A DNA stretch of 63,780 bases, filler included, from Octopus bimaculoides (taxonomy: Eukaryota), in assembly GCF_001194135.2 (NCBI RefSeq). It is 4 parts of 4 records of this genome, joined end to end, with 100 filler letters (N's around TTAATTAATTAA, not from the genome) between each part and the next. Parts side by side here need not be neighbours in the genome. Positions count along the whole stretch, not along the records: positions 1 to 28,498 come from NC_068982.1; 3 more parts are not named here. One strand, written 5' to 3'. Position numbers and translations under genes: made by a program. The notes beneath the pieces are model-generated. The model searched no databases. It was not told the DNA's origin and was given only the letters and a program-made list of their open reading frames with translations. Shown piece by piece: positions 1 through 14,676 of this stretch; the stretch's first letter is position 1; each line of letters opens with the position of its first letter.

Positions 1-1754
1 TCTACAATTCAGTAGGTTGGTGGAGTTCTTACATTTAGATAGAATTTGAGTTCCGACGGTTGTACAAAGCCTGCACTCCTTTGATCTATTAACTTATAGC
101 GTGGTTCGTAGGGCGATCCACACTGTAAGTTGAGGGGCGTGATATTTTGTGTCTTAAAGTCCCATATATGGCAGGCTAACTAAGCGATTTTTTAAAGTTT
201 TTCTTTTTTGTCTACATTTGGGAAAGAAAACTGAAGTTTAGTATATCTTTCTTAAAAGTTACTTTCGTATATACCAATCTCCCTTTCTTCCTTTACTTGT
301 TTCTTTTTTCATTTTGTCTATTTCTCTCTTTCTACCCTTTCTATCCAGTTATTCCTCACTTTTTCTCAGAGAGTAGCCATGTCTCATTTTGAGCCCGAGA
401 GATTGCAAGAAAGTACTCGTCATGCTAGAGTTTGTTTGACAATTACACAATCGGAGTATGGAATTTATAGTAGCTGACAGTTAAATCATGTGTATGCGCG
501 CACGCACGTGTGCGTGTATCTGTGTGTGTGCGTGCGCGCGCGTGTCTGTGCGTGTGCTAAAACATTTTAGCAGCTCAATAATTTGTATGCAACCAGTGTG
601 TAATAGATAATTTACAGTGTCTAAATACAACCCTATTGACCCTAACGGTATTCCATGTATATATAACATAACCGAAATGACACTAATTTCATGCACTTCA
701 TATTCATTGCTAAATTTGCAGAAAGCCGTTAACACAGCTTCTTTTCAGATACAGTTAAATATTTTAAAATGTTCTAAAAAATTGTTACAAATGTATATAG
801 ACGCATTAACAAAAATGTCAAGTGACATAGAATTCATTTTGCTTAGTATAATATATTTGGTAGGATTATAATGACAGAACACAATTTTTGATTATTGAAA
901 ATACAGTAGTCATAATTAATGGAATCGAGTGTTTAAAATCTTCGAAATATATTTGCTTCCAAATGTTATCAAATGCTTATCAGACAATCAGGAATTTTAC
1001 TGTTTCTCCATTGAATGACTAATCGTTTAGGGACTAAATCGAAATAATATATATCTGAAAAAGAGACATATATGAAGATTTATTTTTGTACTCGCCAATT
1101 TCATACTTCGCTACGTCTGAATACTTGATGCTTGCATATTTGTATACTTCATAAGGAACACTATTAATCGAAAAATACATGACGCATACGTGAAAATAAA
1201 TATTTATGAAGTGTAAATTATTTATCGATGAAAAAGGAAGGAAAAAACATCATAAATGATACATTTTTAATCGATTATATTTTCAATGTATATAAGGTTA
1301 ATAAATCATGATCGAATGTCTGAGAAATATGACTGAATCGATAAAAATGACAAAACGGAATTGGACGTCGAAATAAGCATGAAATAAAATCATTATTTCA
1401 ATTTATTAGATATGGTGAGATATGACCTGCAATAAAAACCATTGCGTTGTGCCATCTGGAATTCTATGATTAAGCACCAACAAAAAATTGTGTCGATTGG
1501 CAGAGCTGTGTGAAATGAAATTATGGAATTAAGCGAACTCAAATTGATTGCAGTTTCGTTACTTTCGCGCGAATTCTACAGAAATGATAACAGCTATCTC
1601 TTTCAGAAGAGATACCCCATCGTTTTTTATTTATTATATTCTTGTTTCAATAGCATACCACTCGAATTCTACATTATTACTGTGCAATCTCATTAAGTGC
1701 GTGAGGGGACGAAAAGATTATTATCATTATTACAATTGTTGTTCTTTGAGATTA

Positions 1755-1804
1755 TGATTATTATTACTACTACTACTACTACTATTGTCATTATTATTAT
1801 TATA

Positions 1805-1848
<44 letters not shown>

Positions 1849-1856
1849 CATTATTT
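1755..1856. repeat. (TAT)n/(TAC)n microsatellite
   Basis: Directly visible. Confidence 0.95.
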
Positions 1857-4067
1857 CTATCTACTTGCAGTGCTAATAATTATTTCCCAGTGGTGTCGCT
1901 TCCTCTAAAACATATTTGTCACTCAGAAGCGAATCGACAAACATAATTGCTTTCTCAAGCATGATACCGGTCTAGGCTCCCTCAGAATTCAAAATGCATT
2001 GATCATTTCAAAAGATATCATCATGTGATTTGTAATTGTTATGGATTTTCTGAAACTTTGATTGGTTACATTCTGAAGAAGATTTTGATTTAGTAGTAAA
2101 TTGTGTGGACATTGAATTAATAAAAGGAGCACAGCATATTCCCTGATGAAATCTGAAAGCATCTGCATTAGGTTGTTTATGGTCAACATATCAAACTAAT
2201 GTGTCAAGGCAAATCTCGTGTAGTTAAATTTGACTAGATGTAGGAAAGATAAAATATATTTCTACGGAGAATATCTATAGGCACTGACGTATATCTTGCA
2301 CGAACTTTTAAATACATATCTGGATATCGCCCTACGTTTATATGAATGAGAGGAAGCGTATATACATTAACACGAATAACTGTATTTACGGCTCCATACC
2401 ACTTGCACTATTGACAATAGCAAAGTCTAACCTTACAAATCAACCAATATAAGCATATTTATACACACATCTCCATACATGCCTATATGAGGTATATTTG
2501 ATGTATATGATGTGTATATTATGCGTATACAGAAGGGTCGACATACCACACAAAAGAGCGCATACACACAAAAAACACTTGCACACACACACACAACAGT
2601 TTGACACTCCACCGCCTCAAGTAACTTCACTCGTGTGTCCGATGACCTTGATTTAGAGAGTGTATAAAGCATAAGAATGCGGAAAATCGGAGTAGCAGCG
2701 ATTCGGATCATCAACCTTATGCAATTAAAGATTACTTCTTTTATGAAGTACTTTTTTGTGTATTTATTTTTAAATGTGTATATATGTGTGTGTGCGTGCG
2801 TATGAGTTTGTGTGTAGTATTCAAAACAGTTTGATTTGAAATCCGTGTATATGTGTGTATATATATATATATATNNNNNNNNNNNNNNNNNNNNNNNNNN
2901 NNNNNNNNNNNNNNNNNNNNNNNNNNNNNNNNNNNNNNNNNNNNNNNNNNNNNNNNNNNNNNNNNNNNNNNNNNNNNNNNNNNNNNNNNNNNNNNNNNNN
3001 NNNNNNNNNNNNNNNNNNNNNNNNNNNNNNNNNNNNNNNNNNNNNNNNNNNNNNNNNNNNNNNNNNNNNNNNNNNNNNNNNNNNNNNNNNNNNNNNNNNN
3101 NNNNNNNNNNNNNNNNNNNNNNNNNNNNNNNNNNNNNNNNNNNNNNNNNNNNNNNNNNNNNNNNNNNNNNNNNNNNNNNNNNNNNNNNNNNNNNNNNNNN
3201 NNNNNNNATATATATATATATATATATATATAATATGTATGTCCGAATTCGGTTATCCCACCAGCCTGAAGAGACAGGTTCCATTACGAGCTTGTGAAAC
3301 TTGAAGTAGCACGGAATTCGAAAACTGTTTTGAATTCCAAATAAATGTACTAAGTATCCTTTCTTTCGCTTGTCCACTCACTCAGATATATATATACACA
3401 CAAACACACATACATATACGTAGGTATACATACATTCATACATATATAAAGCTCAAAGTTCTTCATCTCCCTCGGGCACATTTTACAACTCAAAAACAGT
3501 AGAGACCAATAGGCAAGTCAGCACCAGTTAGGTATATACAAGAGTGAACAACAAACAACTGTCACCCAGCAGGTATCAGCAGGTAAAACATGTAAGATTT
3601 AAATTCCTCTGACCATGTCTAAAAAGTTCACAACACATGTGTCAAAATACAATTACAGCACCCAACAGGTATCAATCAGTAAAATCAGTTTCACGAAAAC
3701 CACGTACAACACCTACTGCCCTCTCGTCAGTCGTTAGAAAAGTGATCTCACATGACTAAGAGTTATATCGACACTTATTTCTAGCAATGCTGGTGCTGAC
3801 TAGCACCCCCAGTCACTTTAGTAACGAATATACGTATGCATTTTGGTTGTAAATTACGGATAACCAACTTAATAATTTACACACACATATATATGAATAT
3901 ATGTGTATATGTATATGTACATATATATATATATATATACACATATATATATATATATATATNNNNNNNNNNCCAAAAAAGAAAAGACGAAGACTGGTGG
4001 TGTAGACAACAATCATGTATAACAATCATGTATAACAATCATGTATAACGCTCGGGAAGTGAAAAAA

Positions 4068-4104
4068 TCTTTAACGTTTCGAACCTACGCTCTTCCACAG
4101 AAGG
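4068..4104 (-). ncRNA. Minimal hammerhead-like motif (A6U core variant)
   Basis: Minus strand CCTT-CTGTGGA-A-GAGC-gtag-GTTC-GAA-ACGT-T-AAAG. Confidence 0.5.
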
Positions 4105-4199
4105 CCTTAGAATATTGTGTGTACACTGTTCCACTCGCACTTTTAAATATTTTTAAAAGTAGCAAAACTTAATATAGTGTGGTATTTTAATATCTACCA

Positions 4200-5300
4200 C
4201 GTTTATCTTAGGCTATAATTAGTGCATATTTATCAAATTTAAATTGAACTTTTATAGCATATTTTTGATCTCTCACCTTAATATATAATCTTCCTTTGAA
4301 AACTAAAAATTTTAACTTTATCCATGGATGATATATGGTTTTACTTAAATTTCTTCCATATTACATTTGCTATTGCTATTAGTTTAGTGTGTATTTTACT
4401 TAACTTTAATGAATAGGATGTTCTGAAATTACTTAATAGCTTTTAAACCTTTTAAAATTTTAATTCATGCCTGACCCTAAAGGATTCATGTTATTCCATT
4501 GTTGTTATAGTATTATCATTGTTATTTTATGGATGACTCAAATAAATCTAATCCTTGTTCCATTATTATTTTGTACTTTGCCCATGTTAGTTAACACAAG
4601 TTCCTGATAATTTAAGATAGTGCAATCTAATTAAATTAGTACATAATTATCATGTTCTCTATTAACAGTTTAGTTCACCATTATATTCTATGTTAATTCC
4701 AATTATTCATTTTATCAGTTTCTTAAACATTGATGAGTCCATCATTATAAACCATGTTAATCCTATGTATCAATTATTTACATTAGTTATATAATAAATT
4801 TTATCTCTTATGTCTCCTTTAAATGATATTAGATATATAATTTTAATTTTGAAATTTTAGTCCAATATATATAAAAAAATTTTAATTTCACATCTTATCT
4901 ATGGTTCCTTATATTGGTGTAAATAAGTCTAAATGTACTTTACCATAGCATTTTAAATTAATACCACTTCATGGTTTTTGCATACTGCATTAATTGATTA
5001 TTTACATTATCATACACTATTTCTTTTTTATGATTAGCTTTTATTTATTCACATATTAATAAAGCAAATATTGGTATCTCAAGTATTTCAAACTTAACAT
5101 ATCTAAAACAATACTGATACATTATTCTGATTAATGGGAACTATGAATAACCATTTACTGTATCTGTACACAATATAGCAACTTTATTTTATATACTTTT
5201 GACCTAGCTCCATTATAAACTGGTCTGCTAGTAGAGAAAACCCCCCACCTATAGTAGTTTGTCACTAAACCCTAAGAACTTTTATAACTATATCTTCCAT
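4200..5300 (-). mobile_element. Possible heavily eroded CR1-type reverse transcriptase remnant
   Basis: Very AT-rich stretch with faint, correctly ordered echoes of RT motifs on the minus strand. The motifs themselves are largely destroyed. Confidence 0.3.
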
Positions 5301-5691
5301 GTTTACTGTCTATACTGTTTACCCCTTTCCCTTCCCTACAAAGAAAATTCCAGTGCCACCTTAAGCTTTAAATCACTAGCTCTGATAAGATGATCCATAC
5401 ATCAGAAACAAAAAAAAAAAATAAAATCAGTGACAGCTAAAAAATCAGCCTGTATGGTCTGGCTAAGTCAAAATGTTTTTTTGTATTCTTCCTTTCTACT
5501 TGGAGAGTTTAAATGTAGTTATAAAAATATGTCCTGTTGAAATGTAATTTCACTAAAATCCTATATCTTTGTGCAGCTGAGGATTGCTCTGCCTTTTACA
5601 TTTGATGTAATGTTCACATTGCTTAATTAAATGGAGTCGCATGAAACGATCGTACTGCATTAACTTTGGATATCTTTGTTGCTTATTTTGA

Positions 5692-5726
<35 letters not shown>

Positions 5727-5741
5727 CGTGTGTGTCGGCAC

Positions 5742-5908
5742 TATGTTAAACAAAGATGTAAATCTTAATGTAATTACAAATGGAATTCAATAGTCTTACC
5801 TATGCCTAACTACATAAAAGCTATGTATGCGCAGACATAGTTAGGCATGGGTTAGACTATTGAATTCCATTTGTAATTACACCAAGATTTGCACATTTGT
5901 TTAACATA
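5742..5908. mobile_element. Foldback MITE (~72-bp arms, ~20-nt loop) with TA flanks
   Basis: Left TA|TGTTAAACAAAGATGTAAATCTTAATGTAATTACAAATGGAATTCAATAGTC pairs with right GACTATTGAATTCCATTTGTAATTACACCAAGATTTGCACATTTGTTTAACA|TA. Confidence 0.75.
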
Positions 5909-6182
5909 CTTCCAATATATTTGAAGAAAGATACGTGTTCCAAAATTTCAATTTAGGAAAGCACGTCTAACTTTCCAGAGCAATCCTCATAACGAATAAA
6001 TGCTTTATTGTGGTTTGTTATGAGGCCTAGCATGTTATATTACAATGACATACTATCCACAGATGTTTGTTGAACTTAAGAACTGTGTGCTATAACGTCA
6101 CAGACATCAGCGTAGAGTTAGAGAGGAGTGTAGTTTAAAATTTAGCTGCTTGAGGTTGAGCAATTTAACAGTTCTGCTATAA

Positions 6183-6224
<42 letters not shown>

Positions 6225-7084
6225 CAATACACACATACATGCAAACACACACGCCTGTACACACACACACAAACACACACACACACACACACACATATAG
6301 CCTTAGGGTATAGTTGGAAAAAGTTTTCAGAAAAAATATATCGTGAAACGTATGTCAACTAGCGCAAGGATATTATATCATTATATCACCCTGTTTTTAC
6401 ATCAGCAGTGATGTAAGATAAGTCTGAACATTCTCTCTTATCATGTTGGAAGGTCGTTCACAATAATTGTAAATTTATCAAGACAATTTTATAAAAATTG
6501 CCCTTAACGTATGATGTTTTACCGAATCAAAGATTATAATCAAGTCAATAGAGAAGTGATAACGGTCAAGATTCTATTCAGTTGTTATTTTGTACGTACC
6601 GAACGGAAAATATTATGTCTTAGGTTCCTTGTCTAACCCGAAAACCTGATCGCGATTCAGAAAGAGATATCTCAGAGTGTTTAATGAGCCTGTAAAGAAT
6701 ATTTCTACATTACATTTACGAGCATGCATACATTCATATATACATATATGCATAGATATATGCATTAATAAATAGGTATAAGCTTACATACAGTCATAGA
6801 TGCATATATCCATACATGCATATATACATACATGCGAATTTCTTTAAATCCTTCTAAAGGGGAAAAAAAACATATCAAAAGACATTTAATTTAATCTATT
6901 TAAATGAAATTGTAACTGATTTCACTAAATCACAAATTATATTGTAATTAATATTACTAGATCATAAATTAGATTGTAATTAATATTACTAGATCACAAA
7001 TTTTATTGCCAGCAATTTTACTGAATTAAAAGACTATGCTAATTAATTCCCCAGTAAATTAATTAAAAATTTTGTCACAAAGCC

Positions 7085-7272
7085 ATCAATTTTGAGGTAG
7101 GGGTAAGAAGATTACATCGACCTCAGTGTTCAACTGGCAACTATTATCGATCCTGAAAGGATGAAACGTAAAGTCGACCTCGGCGGAGTTTGAACCCAGA
7201 ACCTGAAGACGGATGAAATGCCGCTAAGCATTTTGCCCGGCGCTGTAACGATTCGGCCAGCTCACTGCCTTA
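7085..7272 (-). mobile_element. SINE family A
   Basis: gtcgacctcggcggagtttgaacccagaac...ccgctaagcattttgcccggcg...ggccagctcactgcc. Confidence 0.85.
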
Positions 7273-7454
7273 ATACTACAGTAAATTATTGTACTTACGC
7301 TCTTCTCTTTATATGTCATGATAAATTATGTCTATGTAGAGGGCTCTAATGTATTGATGAGAGGAAGTGTTCAACCTGATTTGACATCAATGCAATTAAA
7401 TATACGTATTAGCGAGGGTGCTTTTAATGATCATTCGACCTTTCAGATCCACAA

Positions 7455-7564
<110 letters not shown>

Positions 7565-9483
7565 CTATCTTTCTTTCAAACTGATGTGTGAATATTATAT
7601 ACACAGACACACAAATGTAGATACATGCACATATATGCGAAGTAACTATATGACAAAGATGGAGATTGTCCCGAATAGATGCCGTCGAACCTCTGCTTGA
7701 TCTGAGAGTCACCAACAATAGAAACAATGACAATAATGACAAAGAAATATATTATCCGTCCGGATGGACGAAAGCCAAATTTCACGCCTCCCATATCAGA
7801 TAACAAGCTAGATAACATAAAGAAATATCCAACTCATCTCTGCCCTATCCTTCTTGTACTATGTTGAATAATAACGCTAACCTATTTTCTGCTAAAGTAA
7901 CTTGGTCACAATCAGAAATAAGAGTTTCCGACATTTCAGTTTTACGCGTGTCAAATTAAAGGATCATATAAACTTTTTACTTGTACCCAAATGCTCTTTC
8001 ACTAATTCTGTATCTGGCTTTGTACAAATGTCTATCATTGAACGATTTCCTCCATTTTCTCCCCATTTCTATTCTCTCTCCCACACCACTCTCTTTCCCC
8101 GCTTTCTCTCTCTCATATCTCTTTTCTCCTTTTTACCCCTCTTAATTCCTTCTACTAATTACACTCCTATCCGTACACACCGCCACCTTTCAGCATAGGA
8201 GACAGACACAACACACACCTAAATACATGAGACCCCAGTATGTTATTACTGTCTTCAGCATGTAAGCCCTCTTCACTAATGAGTTCAGTCCTTCACATTT
8301 AAACATGTAATAAATGATACGTTGACTTTTTGTCAAAAATATGTTCTAAATGACATAACCACACAATTGGATTGTATAACATTACAAATAGAGTTAGTAT
8401 TCCACTGAACATGTACACACACCACACACGCACACACATATACATATATACACACATATGTAGGTATACATACATATATACGTGCCTGTGTGTATGTATG
8501 TATGTATGCATGTATGTATGTATGTATGTATGTATGTATGTATGTATGTGTGTATGTATGTATGCTTATGTTGGTAAATATTTTATCGTGCCTTCCAATT
8601 TCAAAATAATGATGAATAATATGAATCTAGTTAATGTCAGATATATTTTTGTATGTTGTACAATGTTCATAAGTAATATATTATTGAATTGTTAAAAGGA
8701 TATGCATGTCTTTATCATTGGGTAATAAAATTTCTTTAATTTTGGGGTTTTTTTTCAATTTAAAAACATGTCATCAGTGTAATCCTGTCAGCATCTTCGA
8801 AAACTTTTTTTCTGCAAAGACTATTCATTAAAGAATTATAAATATATTATTAAGGAAGTTATAAGGAAAGTAACAGCAGCCATACCTAGACACACATACA
8901 CACAGACACACACACACATATATACATATATATATATGTTTGTGTATATGTATATATATATATATATATATNNNNNNNNNNNNNNNNNNNNNNNNNNNNN
9001 NNNNNNNNNNNNNNNNNNNNNNNNNNNNNNNNNNNNNNNNNNNNNNNNNNNNNNNNNNNNNNNNNNNNNNNNNNNNNNNNNNNNNNNNNNNNNNNNNNNN
9101 NNNNNNNNNNNNNNNNNNNNNNNNNNNNNNNNNNNNNNNNNNNNNNNNNNNNNNNNNNNNNNNNNNNNNNNNNNNNNNNNNNNNNNNNNNNNNNNNNNNN
9201 NNNNNNNNNNNNNNNNNNNNNNNNNNNNNNNNNNNNNNNNNNNNNNNNNNNNNNNNNNNNNNNNNNNNNNNNNNNNNNNNNNNNNNNNNNNNNNNNNNNN
9301 NNNNNNNNNNNNNNNNNNNNNNNNNNNNNNNNNNNNNNNNNNNNNNNNNNNNNNNNNNNNNNNNNNNNNNNNNNNNNNNNNNNNNNNNNNNNNNNNNNNN
9401 NNNNNNNNNNNNNNNNNNNNNNNNNNNNNNNNNNNNNNNNNNNNNNNNNNNNNNNNNNNNNNNNNNNNNNNNNNNNNNNNNNN

Positions 9484-9563
<80 letters not shown>

Positions 9564-10092
9564 GTGTAATGACAGTTTAAACTAATATAAAATTTCTTTC
9601 TGATTGACTCGTAGCGAGAGGCGAATAATTATACGGTCTCCGGTAAATGACGGATAATATTTTTACTTCCACCGAAAAGAGGAATTGTTAAGTTGACCTT
9701 GGCAAGATTTGAACGCAAAGCCTAAAGAGGTAGATTTTAAGTTAAAAAAAAAAACCCAAGTACTTTGGGCAAGAGCGTTAACGATTCTACAAGATACAGG
9801 ATTTTCAGAAATCACTTCGAATTTAAAATATTCCTCTTGTCACTGGAATGCACCAGTACTACGAGATCCAGCAAAAATTGCGATAGAATTGAGAAGATAT
9901 TACGCATGTGCTTCAGCTGATCATTCTCAATGCTAGCAGACCAATTGGGAGAAGAAAGCGCAAAGAGACTTCCAAGTCCTAGCATTCAACGAATGAATTA
10001 TATGTCTATATGTATACACACACGTACACTCACATGGATATATATATATGTATATACAGACACACACTGACACAGTCTTTTTCTCTCTCCCT

Positions 10093-10153
<61 letters not shown>

Positions 10154-10832
10154 GTATATATTTATATTGGGTGGTGGTGAGTGCGTATGTATGAAAACAA
10201 ATTTCATTTCTGACAGAAGTGAAAGAATATCAGATATATGGCGAGGTAAATGCAGAATATTATTTACAAAGATTTACCTCGGTATATCTTCTAAATGTCC
10301 TCTCTCTGACATTTTGTATTTTTTCTGTATCAGTTTTCATCTTTCAGTTTTTATTGTATCATTTAGAGCTAGTCGTGAGGTCACTTATGTATTCAATAAT
10401 ATGTTTATATAGACATTTAAAATAAACAAATACATTAGGAAATATAGGGAATAAAAGATAATTTTTACTGAAATTCCTAATGGTAAACATAAAGTGGAGA
10501 TATGTATTGTTTATTTTCTCTTCATACTTGCAAATGTACCAAAGTATATTGGGAATATGACGACTAATTTGCTTCAAACAATTTATTTTTATTACTAAGG
10601 CAGCTGTTTTATCCACACACGCGCACACTTATACAGATGCGGATGTCAGTGAAAGCATATGTGTATATATGTTTGCGTATATGTGTGTACGTGTGAGTGT
10701 ATATGTGTGTGCAGGTGTACACACATGTGCACTCACACAGACACAGACACACACGCACACATATATATATATATATACACACAGACACATGCTTAGATAT
10801 ATCGTTTAGTCATACACACACGTATATATTCG

Positions 10833-10909
<77 letters not shown>

Positions 10910-12559
10910 ATGTATGTATGTATGTATATATGTATATATATATGCATGTACGTATATACATATGTATATATATATGTGTGTGTGTGTTTCTGTGTGTGTG
11001 TGTGTGTGTTTGTGTCTGTGTCTGTGTCTGTGTCTGTGCAATCTTGTGTGTATGAATGTTTTCTTCTTTGGTTTTATCTTTTTGTTCTGTAACACTGCCG
11101 GCATTAAAACTAACACACTGTTATTGCTAAATCTCCAACTCGTGTAAAAGCCACATCTCGTTCAAATCATATCATACTCTCTATACAATGGAAGGACACG
11201 TTATAAATGCTAAACCTTGATACACCATGTATAAAAATCAGAGATGAAGGCAGCGATTTGAATGTCTTCTATATCTCGGGTTTGCTGAATCAAGAGTGAC
11301 AAGGAATGAAATAATAATAATAATCTAACGCTATAGCAGATGCCTAAAAGTGCAAGAAATCAATGGTAAAAATCATGGCTCGTGATGACAGAATCAGTAG
11401 AGCGTTGGATGAAATATCTTGTGCCTTTTGTTACATCCATTTATGTTTTATGCTCAAATCACACCTGGGTGTATTTTACGTTGATGCAATAGGTATATGA
11501 AGTCGATGTAATTATGAATACAACAGTCGTTCTCAAACTGATAAATGCCGCCTTCCCTATTGTCTAAAATGTACTGAATATTCCACTCTGGAATCACATT
11601 TCTATATCAATGAAAAGAGATAATGGAGTTCTTACTTCGGTATGTTGTCCGGGAAGTTTAAACATGTAAAAGTGTTTCTCCTTTTTTATATTTCTTTATT
11701 AAACAACTCAATTTGTCAGCTACCATTTCCCTCTTCTGTGTACATCCTTGCCATAAGAAACACTGAGAAGTTAAGGTGTTATAGCATGAACTCACACTAA
11801 TGTCTGACATCAATAGAAGGTAAATAGGTTTGCATTGCTCCTCACCTTTCTCACCGATTCATTACTTTGATTTTTACGGGTGCTAAATGCCTCTTACTTT
11901 TCGAACTCCTCATGGTTAGAGACAATGACACAATCACAACTGCTCATAATGACAACTGCTGACGTACATATAAATTCCAGAAGCTTAGCATTCACCTCCT
12001 GTTCCATTTTCTTCTTCTAACGTAGATTCTACTAATAGTGATCCAAAACAAATTCCGAGGAAAACATAAGATATATAGTACTTGGATATTCCCAATATCC
12101 TGAGAGGCACTACTTTCTTCACAAGTAACCAATTTAGGTAGATTTCTCACTCTCATAAGTCACTTTTCACTGGTGCGCAAGTATTGGAAGATACGACATT
12201 TCCTTATTTGATCTTTTTTCTCCTCTCGCTCCATCGACAATGTATGCACACATACATAGATATTATGTAAGCAAAACAAGGTAGATTAACATAATCGTTA
12301 TATATATTCTATGGATATTGTGGTTTCTGCACGATAATTCTAAATGAACACATTTTCAATGTGAAATCTGCAGTGAAATCGGTTTTTAAATGAATGGCTG
12401 TATGTTCGCGTTTATACACATAGTAATACTAAACTCTCTTATCTCTCTCACTATCTCTCTCACTATCTCTCTCTCTCACCCTCTCTCTCTCACTCTCTCT
12501 CACTCTCTCTCTCTCTCTTTCTTTCACTCTGTGTCTCATATATGCATACATACACACAT

Positions 12560-12596
<37 letters not shown>

Positions 12597-12597
12597 C

Positions 12598-12652
<55 letters not shown>

Positions 12653-12654
<2 letters not shown>

Positions 12655-13325
12655 GGCGGAGGAAATTTGCTGACTGGGTTATGGAGAGACTTGCAGCAGA
12701 AAAAATTTTGCAAAGAAAATCATCTTCAGTGACGAGGCCCACTTTCGCTTAAGTGGATTTGTCAATAAACAGAACTGCTAGATTTGGGGAAATGAAAATC
12801 CCGCTAACAATGCAAGAGCGTGAAATGCATCCACTGAGAGCGACTGTGTGATGTGGTTTGGGGGCAGGTGGATTAATTGGACCGTTCTTCTTTGAAAATG
12901 ATGAGGGGAATGCAGTTACCATTAATAGAGAATGTTACGGAGACATGATATTCTCTCAGCTATGGCCGAACTTGGAAGATACAAAGATTGAAACCTCTGA
13001 TTTCAGCAGGATGGAGCGACCTGCAACTCTTGGTGACAAACGCTTGCATTACTCCACGAAAAATTTTCGCAACGAGTGATATCCTTGCATGGTGACCAGC
13101 AATGGCCACCAAGGTCCTGCGATCTTACCCCTTGTCATTCCTTGTTATAGGAGTATGTGAAATTACAATTCCTGAACTCAAGGTTTAAATCTGGCGTGTG
13201 ACTGGAGGCATCAAGCCACACATCTGTGTGAGAGTTATCGAAAAATTCGAGGAGTGCATAAATGTACGCAAACTTAGAGCAGGTGGACATACACTGACAT
13301 TGTGTTCAATACCTAAACGGGAGAC
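12653..13325 (+). mobile_element. Decayed Tc1/mariner-superfamily transposase, rosa/DD41D type, 5' truncated
   Basis: With frameshifts reads KIIFSDEAHFRLSGFVNKQNC.IWGNENP...GGLIGPFFFENDEG...FQQDGAT...WPPRSCDLTPC(H). Exactly 41 codons lie between the second Asp (GAT 13010-12) and the third-Asp position (now CAT, 13136-38). In-frame stops present. Confidence 0.9.
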
Positions 13326-13412
13326 ATAACTCATTAGAAATATGCATAATATAACCATGTTTATAAGAATTCGTTTTAATTATTCACCTTTCAAATTTGG
13401 CACCCTTTATGG

Positions 13413-13485
<73 letters not shown>

Positions 13486-13513
13486 NNNNNNNNNNNNNNN
13501 NNNNNNNNNNNNN

Positions 13514-13545
<32 letters not shown>

Positions 13546-14358
13546 GCAATCTCCCAAACCAGCTATTACCAAATCATGCTTGCTTAAGAAATACGCTATA
13601 CTTTTATTCACACGTACACCTACATATATATAGATGTATATATGTGTGTAAAAATGTGTATTATGTGTGTATATACGTGTGAATCTCTATGTATATCTAT
13701 ATGTACATATACATGTATACAAGTCATATATATGTGTGTGTGTATGTGTGTGTATGTATGTAGGTAGCTAGGTAGGTATACGTGTGTGCGTGTGTTTATG
13801 TGTGTATAGAATAGTGTTTTGAGTTTGACTATTACAGTAATTTAATTGTATAGTGTCTACAAATATATTTAGTTTAATAATCAACTTTACAAGATGAAGC
13901 ATTTTGTGTTGCTGATGACTTTATGTATGACTTCCTATGTACCACTTTGAAAGCAATATAAAGAGGAATTATGAAATAAAAATAATCTTGAGTTTCAATT
14001 TCCAAATCTAGAACAAAAATCGTATTGCCATTCGCAACTTACCATAATTGGAGCATCCATATCACCTAAATATAACTATTTTGCAAACCGCAAAATGTTT
14101 TCAATATCAAATTGCTTTGAATTTCAATTGATAACGTAGTAATTTGGAATAATACATTTAGGAAATACTGTCTAAATTATTAAACAATTATGTTCTGCGT
14201 GAGCCCTTTTTTTAATACGTATTTTATTTGTAATATTACTCTGCAGTAGATTATATTTGTTGCGCTATAATTATGGTGCGAAATTGAAGACGTTACGTAT
14301 TATGCATATATCACGTAAGTCATTTCTCAACGATAGACTGGTAAATATCTTAATTTAT

Positions 14359-14410
<52 letters not shown>

Positions 14411-14451
14411 CATATATTTATACGTATATGTACACATTCTATGTATGCATA

Positions 14452-14517
<66 letters not shown>

Positions 14518-14610
14518 CATCTCTGTATGTATACGTATACACACGTATAAGTGCTAATGCATGAAGCTATCAGCTCTTGAGTCCCTCTCTTACTACTGAT
14601 AAACGTTAAT

Positions 14611-14676
<66 letters not shown>

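Noticed and set aside
4015-4050. Short tandem duplications (acaatcatgtata x3; also 33-bp units at ~6890-6990 and a 39-bp duplication at ~35905-35998)
   Set aside because: Ordinary slippage duplications with no spacers; not CRISPR-like.
11640-12250. Possible minus-strand mariner remnant
   Set aside because: TIR-like end (tatgttgtccgggaagtt) but no catalytic motif could be read with confidence.
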